Shown here: in pieces, positions 13,689 to 30,749 of the stretch
Layout of the letters: each line of letters begins with the position of its first letter
Position numbering within the stretch: position 1 is the stretch's first letter
From: the human T2T-CHM13v2.0 reference genome, Homo sapiens
Direction: 5' to 3' (one strand)
NCBI RefSeq assembly: GCF_009914755.1
Contig: NC_060925.1
Length of the DNA: 64,000 bases
Notes under the pieces: model-generated
What the model was told of the DNA's origin: nothing
Seen by the model: the letters and a program-made list of their open reading frames with translations, nothing else
Databases searched by the model: none
Translations under genes and position numbers: made by a program

Positions 13689-15695
13689 TTAACAAATTAA
13701 GCCGTGCCTAATTTTCTAAGCTGATTTCCTGAGGGCTCTAACTTGGGAGGCCCCTTTCCTGTCATAGGAACCAGCAGACTGACTTGGTTTTCCTTTCTTG
13801 CTCTATTGCTAGAGCCATGGAGGTGGGAGTCCCTTTCCTGGCTCCATACCACCCTCTCCCCGGGCTGCCAAATGTCCCTCTGGGCCCTCTATTCCCCCTG
13901 CTCCTTGGTGTCCTGACTCATTTTCACCGGATTTCATCTGGACAGCATGTAGGGGTGAGGGAAGGGACAACTGGGTCAGGGCAGCCCACGGAGATGTCTT
14001 TGCACCCCAGGCAGCTGCTGCCCTGGCTTCCTAAGCCTGGGGCAGTGGGCAGGCTGTGCCTGATTCCAGCCAGGGTTCCATAAATAAACTGCCATGAAGT
14101 TGCCAGCAGAAAATGTGGATGATTCAGAGCAGGAAACCAGTCTTTCCTGACTCTTCCTTCAGTTCTGGTTGCCATGAGACTGCACCAAAGGCCACTGTAC
14201 AAAAATGGTTCATGTAGAGTGAGGACACACTATGTACCTGGCTCTGCACTCGGATCTGCAGGCCCATCCCATGGGATGCTTCCAATCTTACTACAGAGAA
14301 GGGATTTTTGTCTTCATTAGAGGAGGCTCTGTGGGGTTTAGTAACCTACCTGTCTAAAGTAATAGAGATGAGATTCTAACCCTGTCAGTCAGGGCCCAAA
14401 GCCCCAAGGGGCTTAACCGTGACTTGGCCTTAAACCTTTCTATCTCCCCTACCATAAGTGCAATCTCAACATAACCTGATGTAGTGTATTTTCAGTATGA
14501 CCATTACAATGTCTCATCCTAGACTCAACTATCCATGCGAAGATTCTTTCTCAGCGTGGGACCTGGGAACGTGTGGAGGAGGTTCTGTTTAATGACATCG
14601 AATCCAAGGTTCTGAATTATTCCCAAACAGCCTTGTTTTCCCAATTAATGAAATTTTAAGTGCCACACATGAAAGTGTGAAAGTTTGGAATTATAGACAT
14701 AATGTTGTCAGTCCTTAACTGTTCTTTCCAGATTATTTTACATCAAATATGTATTTATTTTTTTATTAGGAAGAAAGAAAGGAAGGGTAAAAGAGGAAAA
14801 GTGGAGAATATGAGAATGATGGGATGGGGGAAAACAAAGGAAAATAAATTGTTTAGATTTGTCTCTGGCCATCCATGCTAATAAGCTTCCTGTGCAGAGG
14901 ATCTCACTGCAGTTACATAGACTGCCTCTAGACTCGAATTCAGATCTGGCTGAAGGACAAAACCCTCATATCTGCAGTGTGGTCAACACGCCTGAACAGA
15001 GACGGAGCTCAACAAAGATTGGTGGTTGAATCAAGCGATCCAGGATACATAAGGAGTGCCAATATCTGGCCAGTTTGTATAACACGAGGTTAAGAGTCCC
15101 ACAGGTTTATTCCCTTCTGAGGTGTGAGATCATTTTTAGTGGGACTCAGATTTTAGAGACTTGAGAAGAAAACTGATGTTATGATTCAGTGCAGTTCCTG
15201 AGGAAACACATGGAATTTTTTGGCCATATATTCTCAGCTTTTTGGCTCATTTGGCATATCTCCATGCTAAATTTAAAAGTAAATGTCAAACACGATTATT
15301 ATATATGTGGAAATTCACCTCCCAGGGACTTATGTTCCTCATCTGGAAAATGAGGGGGTGGACCAGATGCTCCCTAAAGGGCTTTCTAGCATTTCTGTTC
15401 TCTGGTTTATGTATTTTGGGCATTGCATTTCACTTTTTGTTTACTACAAACTGAAAAGAGTGAAAAAGGATAATATCCAGCCTCCAATTCCCAATCATGT
15501 TACAGACTTACAAATTGGATATCTAAAGGCTTTTATTACCTTGGACCAAATAAAAAGAGTAGATCAGCATTCTGAGAAGATGCCTGGATTGTGGCCTTCA
15601 GATAAGTCCTAAGCCCAGGCATTTGTAACAAATGCCCCATCTCACAGAAAAAAGGATTATTCCATGCCTTTTAAGTGTATATAAAAAGGAATGAA

Positions 15696-16300
<605 letters not shown>

Positions 16301-16415
16301 GGGGGGGGAATGAAAATAAGGTACTAAACCAAGACCAACTATGGCATTCAAGCAGTTCTAACTGTGTTTTCACCCAGAATGTGTGTGTTGTTTTTTGTGT
16401 TTTTGTGTGTGTGTG

Positions 16416-16715
16416 TTTAATTAATTTACTTATTTGAGACAGGATCGTACTCTGTCCCCCAAGCTGGAGAGCAGCAGCATGATCCTAGCTCACTGCAGCC
16501 TTGACGTCTGGGAGCTCAGTCTCCCACCTCAGCCTCCCAAGTAGCTGAAACTATAGGTGGATGATACCAGACTTGGCTAATTTTAGAGTATTTTTTGTAG
16601 ACATGAGGTTTTGCTATGTTGCTCAGGCTGGTCTCAAACTCCTGGGATCAAGGAATTCTACTGCCTCAGCTTCCCAAAGTGCCAGGATTACAGGCGTGAG
16701 CCATTGCGCCTGGCC
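16416..16715 (-). mobile_element. AluJ
   Basis: Diverged antisense Alu. Confidence 0.92.
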
Positions 16716-16930
16716 AATTATTATTATTTTTAAAGCAAATAATCTATAAATGACATCTACTTAGGCCTCCTTTATTTTAAAAGTCATTTAACTTTGCAAA
16801 TAAACTCTCTAATGCTCAAGTATGTATAAGGTGGTATTTAATTGCAGAGTAAGATAGTAGTTGAGAGAAGAAGTCTTAGATATCTGCTTTGCCATGTAAC
16901 TGGCTATGTAAAGTTGAGCAAGTTGCTTAA

Positions 16931-17237
<307 letters not shown>

Positions 17238-17402
17238 AACAATCTGACTCTTTATCAAAGAAATGAAGATATTAATAGTTCACTCTTTCCTCCCCACCTT
17301 CCTCTCTTACTCCTTCCTTTCCTTCAACAAATACTTTTTGGGCAATGTGCAACTGAAGGCTCTGGAAACAAATACAGCAGTGAACAAAGACAGCCAAAGT
17401 TC

Positions 17403-17489
17403 TTTTTCTTTTTTCTTTTTTTTTTTTGTTTTGTTTTTGAGACGGAGTCTCGCTCTGTTGCCCAGGCTGGAGTGCAGTGGCGCCATCTC
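17403..17489 (-). mobile_element. Alu 3' fragment
   Basis: T tail then GAGACGGAGTCTCGCTCTGTTGCCCAGGCTGGAGTGCAGTGGCGCCATCTC, then stops. Confidence 0.9.
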
Positions 17490-18224
17490 TAAGTGTAGAG
17501 TCCAGGTAGGGAAGACAGCAGGTACAAGGACTCCAAGGTGGGTGGTATGCTTGTAGTGAATGTTTGAGGAAGAGTGAGAAGTCTGAGGTGGCTGGAACAT
17601 TTTAGCCCATGTAAAGCCTTTAGATTTTACTCTAAAGGAGCTTAGAAGCCACTGGAGGGTTTGAGCAGAAGGGTAATAACATGATCTAGTGTATGTGGAA
17701 CAGGATCTGCTTTCCAGGTTGTTTTAATATGTGATTCGACAATGTGTTTAAAGACTGACTTCTCAGGTATGTGATGAGATTGGCAAGAGTTTATGAGGCA
17801 GGGCGTATGAAGTCCTTGGCCCAGTTCCTGGCAGCAGACTGCACTCAGGAGGTAGCTCTTATGATTAGGCTGTTAGTGAAGCTGATAGACCATCAGTAAA
17901 GTTCTTCACTGATGTTAATAGAGCATCTGCCTGGGGGCCAAGGAAATGAGGACAGAAAAACCACCATTTCTTGAGCACTTACTCTGTGCCAGGCTTGTAC
18001 CTATTTAGTGTAGATACAATATAGATCAAAACAATACACTTTGAGGGAGGGAAAACAATGGCAGCTGACCCCAAAATAGCTCCTCTACTGTACCAATTTT
18101 GTCATGGTACCCAGAACTAGTCACAACTTTGGGCTGAGGTCATTATCTAGAATAGTAACATCAGGCCCTATCAACCACTTTTACCTTGAAGTGATTACAT
18201 GGATCAGATTAACTAGCCACCCCA

Positions 18225-18430
18225 ATGGTTCTGAAGTCTGATAGCCTAGGGTCAAAGTCTGGCTCAACCACTAACTAGCTGTGTGGCTTTGGGTAAGGTA
18301 TTTAACCTCTCTGTGCTTCAAGTTTTCCACCTGTACCTTAGAGATGAGAGTGGTAACTATCTCTCAGGGTTTATGTGAGCTAAAGCGAGACAATGCATGT
18401 AAGTTCTTTATCAGGCATAAATGTTATTTG
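18225..18430 (+). mobile_element. MIR
   Basis: CCACTAACTAGCTGTGTGGCTTTGGGTAAGGTATTTAACCTCTCTGTGC MIR core. Confidence 0.85.
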
Positions 18431-18593
18431 TAAAGTTGAATTAATTAGTGAGTCAACAATAAGAACTTTGAAGCACAGATCACAGGACTGATAAGTTTCT
18501 AAAAGAAAGCAAAAGGCCAAAAATATTATGGTGCACAGAAAAAGTCAGGTGCCAAGTAGAAGCCATAAGTACCTTGGAGAGGAAGGGAAAGCC

Positions 18594-18628
18594 TTTCTTT
18601 TCTTCCTTTCTTTCTTCCTTCCTTCCTT

Positions 18629-18659
<31 letters not shown>

Positions 18660-18948
18660 GTTTTTTAGACGGAGTTTCGCTCTTTTGCTCATGCTGGAGT
18701 GAAGTGGCATAATCTCAGCTCACTGCAACCTCCGTCCCCCGTGTTCAAGCAATTCTCCTGCCTCAGCCTCCCGAGTAGCTGGGATTATAGGCACCTGCCA
18801 CCATTCCCGGCTAACTTTTTGTATTTTTAGTAGAGATGGGGTTTCGCCATGTTGGCCAGGCTGGTCTTGAACTCCTGGACTCAAGTGATCCGCCCGCCTC
18901 GGCCTCCCAAAGTGCTAGGATTACAGGCGTGAGCCACCGCACCCGGCC
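18594..18948 (-). mobile_element. AluS with (TTTC/TTCC)n tail
   Basis: Antisense Alu; TSD GAAAGCCTTT-like. Confidence 0.96.
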
Positions 18949-19444
18949 GGAAAAGCCTTTAAGTCTAGGGCAAAGGGACAGAGACAGAAAGGATGCTGGA
19001 AGGGTTATAAAGACATGTTCAGTCTGCTTCTCAATTTTGCCAGAAATCCATTCTGTCAAAATAGTGTCTTCGTAGTTAGTCACCTGGGTATGGTATAAGG
19101 CCTCTGATTCTCTGAAGGAAGATGGACTCCATCTATGCTCTGTAGCTCTACCTTGCTTTAAGACAATCTGATGAAAGGCTAGAATAGAATAACTGATGCT
19201 AAGAGGGTCTATAGAACTCATTAGTTCAACCCCCTCATTGAGCAGATGAGGACCTTTCTGCCCCAGAGAGATTAAAAGATTTGCTTATGGTCACACTGAC
19301 AGTTAATGACACAGCAGGGACCAAACCCAGCCTGCCTTAATTCCTAAACCACTGTAAGTTCCAACCTCCCTTTCTGCCTCTGCCTAAAAGATAAATTAAT
19401 AGGTAGAGATTTGCTAGTCAAAAAAAGTCACAATAAAAATTTCT

Positions 19445-20052
<608 letters not shown>

Positions 20053-20071
20053 ATGGTCAGTTGTCCTAGAG

Positions 20072-20700
20072 CAGAGCTGCCTATTAGAAATATCAAGTGA
20101 ATGGCCGGGGACTGTGGCTCACACTGGTAATCCCAGCACTTTGGGAAGCCGAGGAGGGTGGATCACTTGAGGTCAGGACTTCGAGACCAGGTTGGCCAAC
20201 ATGGTGAAACCCCGTCTCTACTAAAAATAAAAAAATTAGCTGGGCATGGTGATTCGCACTTGTAGTCCCAGCTACACAGGAGGCTGAAGCAGGAGAATCG
20301 CTTGAACCCAGGAGGCGGAGGTTGCAGAGAGGCAAGATGGTGCCTCTGCACTCCAACCTGGATGACGGAGCAAGACTCTGCCTCAAAGGAAAAGAAAAAA
20401 AAGAAAAAGAAATATTAAGTGAGCCACATAGCCACATATGTAATTTAAAATTTTACAGTAGACACATTTTAAAATGTAAAAAAAGGTAAAATTAATTTTA
20501 ATAATATATGTTAACTCAGTATATCCAAAATATCATTCCAATATAAAAAGATTATTGAGATATTTTACATTCTTCTTGCTGTGAAGTCTTCAAAATCTGG
20601 TATATATTTTACACTTACAGAACTTGGCAATTTGGGCTGGCCACATTTCAAATGCTCAATAACAACAGGTGGCTAGTGGGTACCACATTGGGCAGCGTAG
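20072..20700 (+). mobile_element. MER33 (hAT-Charlie) interrupted by an Alu
   Basis: CAGAGCTGCCTATTAGAAATAT...GCCACATATGTAATTTAAAA...GGTGGCTAGTGGGTACCACATTGGGCAGCGTAG follows the MER33 consensus. Confidence 0.85.
20103..20410 (+). mobile_element. AluS
   Basis: Dimeric Alu; TSD AGAAATAT(C/T)AAGTGA. Confidence 0.95.
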
Positions 20701-20730
20701 CCCTAAAGCATTAAGATGCTCTAGGTTTAA

Positions 20731-21055
<325 letters not shown>

Positions 21056-21209
21056 TAATTTGGTGTAATAGGTATAAAATAGGTATAATACAGTGTAGTT
21101 TTTCTCTTACAGTTTAATTTTTATAAAATTCGACTTAAACTCATATTTCTAAGATCATTTATATTACATAAAATCAGGAACACACATCTGTGATTATATT
21201 TTTCATTTA

Positions 21210-21510
21210 GTCATTTCATCATTCATTCAGCAAAAAGATTTATTAGCCTTTCTTCCTATGTGCCAGGCACTGGGGACATAGAAGTGGGCATGAAAGATAA
21301 TGTTCTTACTCTTATAGAACTGCAATTCTAGGGGGAGAGACAGACAATAAACAAGTCAACCAATAAAGAAGCAAGAGAAGTTTAGATAGGGAGAAGTGGT
21401 GAGAAGATTGGAAAGCCAAGCCATGTAATCAGAATAAACTGGGGAAAGAAGGGCCTCCTATTTTAGTATGAATGGTCCAAAGAGGTGTTATTTGAGCTGA
21501 GCCTAAATGA
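21210..21510 (-). mobile_element. L2 3' end
   Basis: CATTCATTCAGCAAAAAGATTTATT...CTATGTGCCAGGCACTGGGGAC is the antisense L2 terminus. Confidence 0.8.
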
Positions 21511-22033
21511 AATACTGCAAGGTGAACAGTGGGAACAGTTGTTTAAAAAAAAATAAACTGAAACATGTTTTGGAAAAAACCCAACTTAAGCCTTTGCAGG
21601 TTTTCACAGTGGAGGAACTTTCCATCAGTACGCTGCAGGGTGATGAAGGCTAGGGAGCCAAAAATGAGATGGGTCAGGTAAGGAGTTCAAACAAAGGGGC
21701 AAGCAAAACAGATGTGGGGGAGGACAGAATCAGAAAATTCACAGAGTAAGAAACTGGAAAACAAACTAGTGAGGGAAATGTTTGCTAATCAAGTTAGCAA
21801 GGACTTAAAAACATACTAAATCCCTTGCAATTACGGCAAAAAGGAAAAAAAGAGCTTTTACATATATTGCCACAGGCATTGTAAATCAATAAAACCCTTT
21901 GAGAAAGCAATTTGCTGGCACATGTTAAGCACCTTTAATGTGCTTATTCCCTTTGCTTGACAGTTCCATTTCTAGATTGTTACATACTCATTTATTGGTT
22001 TTTCTAGGTTTTATTGATTTATTTGAAAAAATT

Positions 22034-22334
22034 GGCCAGGTGTGGTGTCTCATGCCTATAATCCCAGCACTTTAGGAGGTCAAGGGAGAAGGATCACTTG
22101 AGGCCAGGAGTTTGAGACCAGCCTGGGCAACATAGTGAGACACCATCTCTGCAAAAAGAATTAAAAATTATCCAGATGTGGTGATGTGTGCTTGTAGTCA
22201 TAGATACTTGGGAGGCTGAGCCAGGAGGATCGCCTGAGCCCAGCAGTTCAAGGTTACAGTGAGCTATGATCACATCACTGCACTCCAGCCTGAGTGACAG
22301 AGGGAGATGCTGTCTCTTAAAAAACAGAAAAAAA
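22034..22334 (+). mobile_element. AluJ
   Basis: Diverged dimeric Alu. Confidence 0.93.
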
Positions 22335-22572
22335 TTAATTATAGATGTAAAGTCTTCATGGAATTTATTATAGCATCCCCAAATTAGAAAGATTACAATA
22401 TCTTCAAATCAATGGCATATTTTTCAGTCATTAAAAAACACATCCATATTCACATGTGAAAGAATGACATTGAACCCCTTTCTCACACGATACACAAAGA
22501 TTAACTTGAAATGGATCACAGACCTAAACGTAAGAACTAAAACTATAAACCTCTCAAAAGAAATATAGGAGT

Positions 22573-23055
<483 letters not shown>

Positions 23056-23156
23056 TTATCTAATAAGGAACTTGTAACCAGATTTTACATATATGTAAAA
23101 AATATATATTTTATAAGTAGAGTACACTCTAAAATAATGATCAAAAGTATAGTATA

Positions 23157-23815
<659 letters not shown>

Positions 23816-25344
23816 TTACTATTAGGTATTACATACTGTACAAATTGTATGTGCTATACTTTTATAGAACTGGCAGCACAATAGGTTTGTTTACACCAAT
23901 ATCACCACAAACACCTGAGTAATGTGTTGCAATATGACATTATGACTGCTACAATGGCACTAGGTGAATTTTTCAGCTCCATCCAGCTCTGGAATTTTTC
24001 AGTTCCCTTAGAATCTTATGGGATCACTGTCATATATGTGGTTTGTTGTTGACTAAGACATCGTTATGTGGGAAGACTGTAATTCCATGGATATGAAATG
24101 TCTAGAGTAGGCAGATCTTTGAGATGGAAGATAGATTAGTGGTTGCCTGGGACTGGGGGTAGGGCAGGATGGGAGTGGAGCGTGGCTGCTAATGGGTGTG
24201 AGGTTTCTTTGCAGGGTTACAAAAATGTTCTAAAATTGATCGTGGTGATGGTCACACAATTCTGTGTTTCTACTAAAAACCATTACATTATATACTTTAA
24301 ATGCATGAATTATATGATATGGGAATTATATCTTAATAAAAGTTGCAAGTATGTTTGTGTAAAGTATATACTAATGGGAGAAATGTTCATAAAGTGTATG
24401 CATGATTTGGAATTATGTATTGTACAACTACGATTATACTTATTTAGAAAAGAGATGAAAAGCTCTGACATAAACTCCGACAAGAACCCCACCAAAGTGT
24501 TAATGAAGGTTGCTTTTGGGTGGTGAACTAGGGTTGATGTTTTTTTCCTTTGTTGAGCAGGTCTTACTTTTATAAATGTTTTTTAATGAAACAAATGAGG
24601 AGACCTATTTCCAAAGCAGTCCTTGGGTGTAATCCTCATTAAATATGGCCAAACAGTAAGCAACTGAAGAGAGTTTCAACTGTCATCCTGCAGAAAACAA
24701 AGTCTAATTGAGATAAAAAAATGATGTTTTCCACACTGCCTCTTACCCCCTGTTCCTCCACCACTCAGACCCATAAAAGAAAATGATTCAGAAAGTCCTG
24801 AGCAAGTAAAACCTGGAAACCACGTGCTTCCATCTGGCAGCCTCACACCGTGGAGGGGAGGGGCAGTCCACTGCCACCGGGACTCCAACAGTGAGAGTGA
24901 AGTGAGGGAGGCCTATGTCCCCACTGGAGCCGTGAGTTATAGCCTGGGCCAGATATAAGGAGAAGTTTTATTTTTTTCCTTGACCACACACCATGTACTT
25001 ATCTCTACTGAGAAAACCAGCTTTTCCTTCTTACCTCCCAAGAGGAGGAGCCAGTGCTGAGCTCAGGTCCCTGGCTGGAGTTACACCTCCCAGCTGGCCT
25101 CTGTCCAGGCCAGCCGGTTGTCCATCTCTATCTTAGAGGAACAGCTTTGACAAAGTCCTTGGCCCTGTTTGGAAATCTTCTTCCCCTTGCTCTTCCAAAC
25201 AAAATTAATTTGAAGCAGTTGGGTTAATCTGTCGTTTTCCCTCCGAGGAGCATGTGTGCATTTGAGGGGCTGGGGGACGGAGATCTTTTAGAGACAGCCC
25301 TGAGGCCACTCTCCTGGGGCCCACATCCCTCCTCAATATTGATC

Positions 25345-25960
<616 letters not shown>

Positions 25961-26140
25961 GTGGCAGGCATTAGTAACTCGAGAGTACAAAATATTTTTC
26001 AACAATTATGTAGCTCTTATTATGTGCCAGGCATTGTTCTAAGTACTTTTTATATACTACCAATTCCTGGAATACTAACACAACCTTCTGAAACAAATAT
26101 ATTATTATCTCCAGTTTACAGATGAGGAAATATAAGACCC

Positions 26141-26279
26141 AGTTGGGTTTGCTGGCATGTGCCTGTAATCCCACCTACTTGGGAAGCTGAGGTGGGAGGA
26201 TCTTGAGTCTAGGAGTTTGAGGCCAGCCTGGGCAACATAGCAGGATTCCATCTCTTACAAAAAAAAAAAAAAAAAAAAA
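26141..26279 (+). mobile_element. FLAM inserted in an antisense MIR (~25995-26365)
   Basis: Alu monomer with A tail; TTTACAGATGAGGAAA and GGGCCACAC..GACTCAAACCCAGG MIR flanks. Confidence 0.88.
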
Positions 26280-26780
26280 GGCTCAAAGAGGTTCAGCAAG
26301 TGGCTCAGGGCCACACTGTGACTCAAACCCAGGTAGTCTGGCTCCAAAATCCATGCTTTTAACTATTGTAGTAAGGTCATATTTATATTAATACACCAAG
26401 ACATGATTGTAGGCCCCTCCATGTCAAATTATAGGGCTTTATGCTCTGATTTGGATATGGCGTAGTCATTTCCAGGATTCCTCATGGAGTGCTTTTCAAT
26501 GCCTGTAATGTAGTATATAGTACGATTTCCTTTCTTGCACTGTGGCTTCTTCCTTCTTAGTGATGTGTCTGCTGTCAGCACTGTTCAAGCAGCCTCACTG
26601 CTGCCTCTGCCAACTATACTCATTGTGAGGACCCCAACCTTTGTGCCAAGGGGATTTCCTCGCAATGTGCCCTTGGTTCCTAGGACTCAGGATGCCCATG
26701 TGTTGCTGGGTTCCAAGCAGAACTGTGGAGAATGATCCCCCACCAATAACAATGCTTTTGGCCAGAGCCCACCATCTATC

Positions 26781-26812
<32 letters not shown>

Positions 26813-27099
26813 TTTTGAGATAGGGTCTCATGCTGTTGCCCAGGCTGGAGTACAGTGACACAATTATGGCTCACTGCAGCCTCAATCTCCTGGGCACAAG
26901 TGATCCTTCCACCTCAGCCACCGAAGTAGCTGTGACTACAGGCACGTGCCACCAAGCTCAGCTAATTTTTAAATTTTTTTGTACAGACAGGGTTTTGCCA
27001 TGTTTCCCAGGCTGGTCTCAAACTCCTGAGCTCAAGTGATCTGTCTTCCTCAACCTCCCAAAATGCTGGGATTACAGGCATGAGCCACTGCACCTGACC
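26781..27099 (-). mobile_element. AluJ
   Basis: Antisense Alu, J diagnostics. Confidence 0.93.
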
Positions 27100-27621
27100 T
27101 ACCATTTTTCAACAACAAGATGTCTGTCTCAACTACTGGTCCTCATCTCCCTGGTTACAGAATTTCAAAGACAGTCTTACTTTGGAGCTGGGTCATATGA
27201 CAAAGTATCCCCCTCTGTCACCTTGATTTCTCTCTCAACTGTCTCCTGTTACCTGGACAACCAAAATAACTTATAAAACCTCATTTCTCCCATCCACAAA
27301 ACACAGAGCCTCGATGTGCCAGGCAAAGATACCCTCTGTAAAAATGTTGCCCAGCATCTCCCTAGCCCCTGCCCAGCCACAAAAGACCTGTGATTTTTGT
27401 GAGCAGATACAGGAAGACTATTGGTCAGGAATGCTGGGAAACGGGTGCTACATCAGGCTGGAAGCTGGAAAGAATGGTAAAGTTTATTCAGTTCTAAAAT
27501 GTTAGAACCCTGTGTTCCAAACAGTTTGATAGCAATGGACTTGCTTTAGGAGATGTTGGCTTTAATAGCTTCTATTCGGTTGGTAGGGACCAGTATACTG
27601 TGTTTCTAGGTAAAGTTTTGA

Positions 27622-27958
<337 letters not shown>

Positions 27959-28311
27959 TGTTGTGTTGTTTTTTAAGGCAATTTCTGGAGTTTATTTATG
28001 GAAGGTAAAGTAACTGGAGAGCAACTAATGGCTCTATCCAATAAGCTATCTCCTTGAGAGAGAATTCCAGAGATGAGTTTACTGTGTTTGTACCCTAGTC
28101 TCTGTCGTGCTCTTCAGGAGAGCAAAGGTAATAAGACCTCATTTAATTTTTTGATGTTTCCATATTAATCAGGTGACCTTATTGTCTTTTGTGATTACTG
28201 TAAGAGTTTTGGGACATTCAGATTCTCTGGGGTTGTGTGGTCACATTTGAATGAAATAGAAGAGAGATAGGGACAAGAGTGAGGCCCATCTCACTATGGT
28301 TATAAAGAAAG

Positions 28312-28804
28312 TGTGAGATAGCCAGCCTCAAAATGGCCTTCAGTAATCTTTGCCTCCTGGTATCATGTCTTGCATAGTGTCTGGCCCTATTGAATTCGTT
28401 TGTCTGTATGACCAGTAAAATATGGCAAAAGTGACAGTGTATGACTAGGCTAGAACACAGCTTCCACTTTGATCTCTTGGGTCATTTGCTCTGGGCGGAG
28501 CCAGCCACCATACTGAGAGAGACACTCAAGCAGCTCTGTGGAGAGGCCCGTGTCGGGAGGAACTGAGGCCTCCTGCCAATAGCAAGCACCAATTTGTCAG
28601 CTAAGCAAGTAAACCACCTTGAGACTAGATTCTCCAGCCCCAATTGAGCCTTCAGAAGACCCGTTGACTACGACCTCAAAAGAGATCCTCAACTAGAACT
28701 GCCCACTCAAGTTCCTTCTACTGTACGAAACTGTGATAGAAACTGTTGATTTAAGCTGTGAAGTGTTGAGATAATTTGTAACACAGCAATTGATAACCAG
28801 TGCA
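28312..28804 (+). mobile_element. MLT1F-type MaLR solo LTR
   Basis: TAGCCAGCCTCAAAATGGCC...GTGGAGAGGCCCGTG..GAGGAACTGAGGCCTCCTGCCAA...ATAATTTGTAACACAGCAAT. Confidence 0.85.
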
Positions 28805-28894
28805 AAGAGCAAGTGTGATTATATCAAGAGCTCCTTAGTATGAGCACCCATGTACACCAAATCGTTGGGAAACCAGAAGGGCAGCTCCCTTGTC

Positions 28895-29072
28895 CTGTTG
28901 GCAAAGCAAGACCCACAGGCCAAATATGGCCTTCCACTGACCACACCTGGCCATGCCATTTGTTTATATATTGTGTATGGCTGACTGAGTAGTTGTGACA
29001 GAGACTGGAGGGCTCACAAAGCTGAAAATATTTACTTTTCAGCCCTTTACAGAAAAAGCTTGCCAACTCCTG
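28895..29072. mobile_element. MER58A (hAT-Charlie)
   Basis: GTTGGCAAA...AAAATATTTACT...CCCTTTACAGAAAAAGCTTGCCAACTCCTG with matching terminal inverted repeats. Confidence 0.8.
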
Positions 29073-30382
29073 TGCTACAGGAATTTACAGTCTAATGGGG
29101 GAAATGTCTCTCTCACACACATGCAGATATACACACTTTCCCCACCCAAGAACCTGAGGGCAGCCATGCAACTTCATCCGCCAGGAGAGTCCTCTCTACC
29201 TTCGTCTGGCTAACTTTTCCTCATCCTTCAACTCAGTTCAGCTATCACCTTCTTTAAGCCCACCTAGCTTTCCTCCTTTAAAGCTGGCTTGAATATCACC
29301 TCTTTTCCTCCTCATTATCCCTCTACCTAGGCAAATTCTAAGATTAATTTTTTATACCTCTTTTATAACTCTAAACACCTAATAGAGTTTTGTTTAATAT
29401 CTTTCTTTCCTATTGGCCTTTTCCTATTGGCCTTTAAAGGCAAGTACTGTATATTATTCATTTTACAACCTCAGAGTAATACACCTTTATTATTGATCAC
29501 CAATACTTATTGAATGTTTATTATCAGCCAGATAATTTGCTGACACTGGGATACACAGGGAAAAAGACTGAGTCCTTGCCCTCAGGTTATTCTAGCATGG
29601 AAATGAAAAGCAAACTAGTATTAGCATACAATATGATGGATGCATGTTCAAGCCTCATTATATTTGCTATAACCATATCAACATTTGCAAAAGAAATTGG
29701 TTTTCAACAGTTTCATAGCATTGACTATGTGTCAAACAGTACAAATCACTTACATTTATTATAATTTACTTAATCTTTACATATCCCTATGTAAAGGACA
29801 ATTATTTTCATTCTGTAGAATAATATAGAACCCAGTGAGGTCAAGTAACTTGCCCAGAGTCACAGAGCTAAAAAAAATGTTGAATTAATTTCAGAGCAAC
29901 TGTTGACTAATTAATTCCAAGCCTCAGAAAGAACATAAGTCCAAGGAGTTGGGATTATATTCTACTTTTCTCTGTGAGCATTAAGTGGGATAGTTTCTGT
30001 CAACCTGCAAATGCCTACTCCGGAGGCTTTCTGATGGCTTGGACTGTGCTTGGCATTTTATTTCTAGGGATTGCCTTCTGGGAGACTCTGCTGTTTTAAT
30101 GATCATGTAAGCCTGGTTTCCTCATTGAATTGTACCATTTGCCACTTTGAAGTCATCCTGAGTTTTCAGTTTTACTTTCCCAGGGCTCTGTGGGGGTGGA
30201 GGGTTTTGGAGGAGAACACATTCAAACAGCAAACTTGCTCCCTGCCCCCAACCGTGTTTCAGTATTTTTCTTGGCAAGGTCAATAGAAGCATGGATTGTT
30301 TACAGCTGGGATGGTGGGATGAAGCTCTGGTGCCTTCTTTTTGTCCTCTCTTGTTTCCAGCTGTGATCTCAGCTGTGGATTA

Positions 30383-30749
<367 letters not shown>

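Noticed and set aside
24821-24836. Paired E-boxes as a ChoRE
   Set aside because: Spacing is 4 bp rather than the required 5 bp and the second box is CATCTG.
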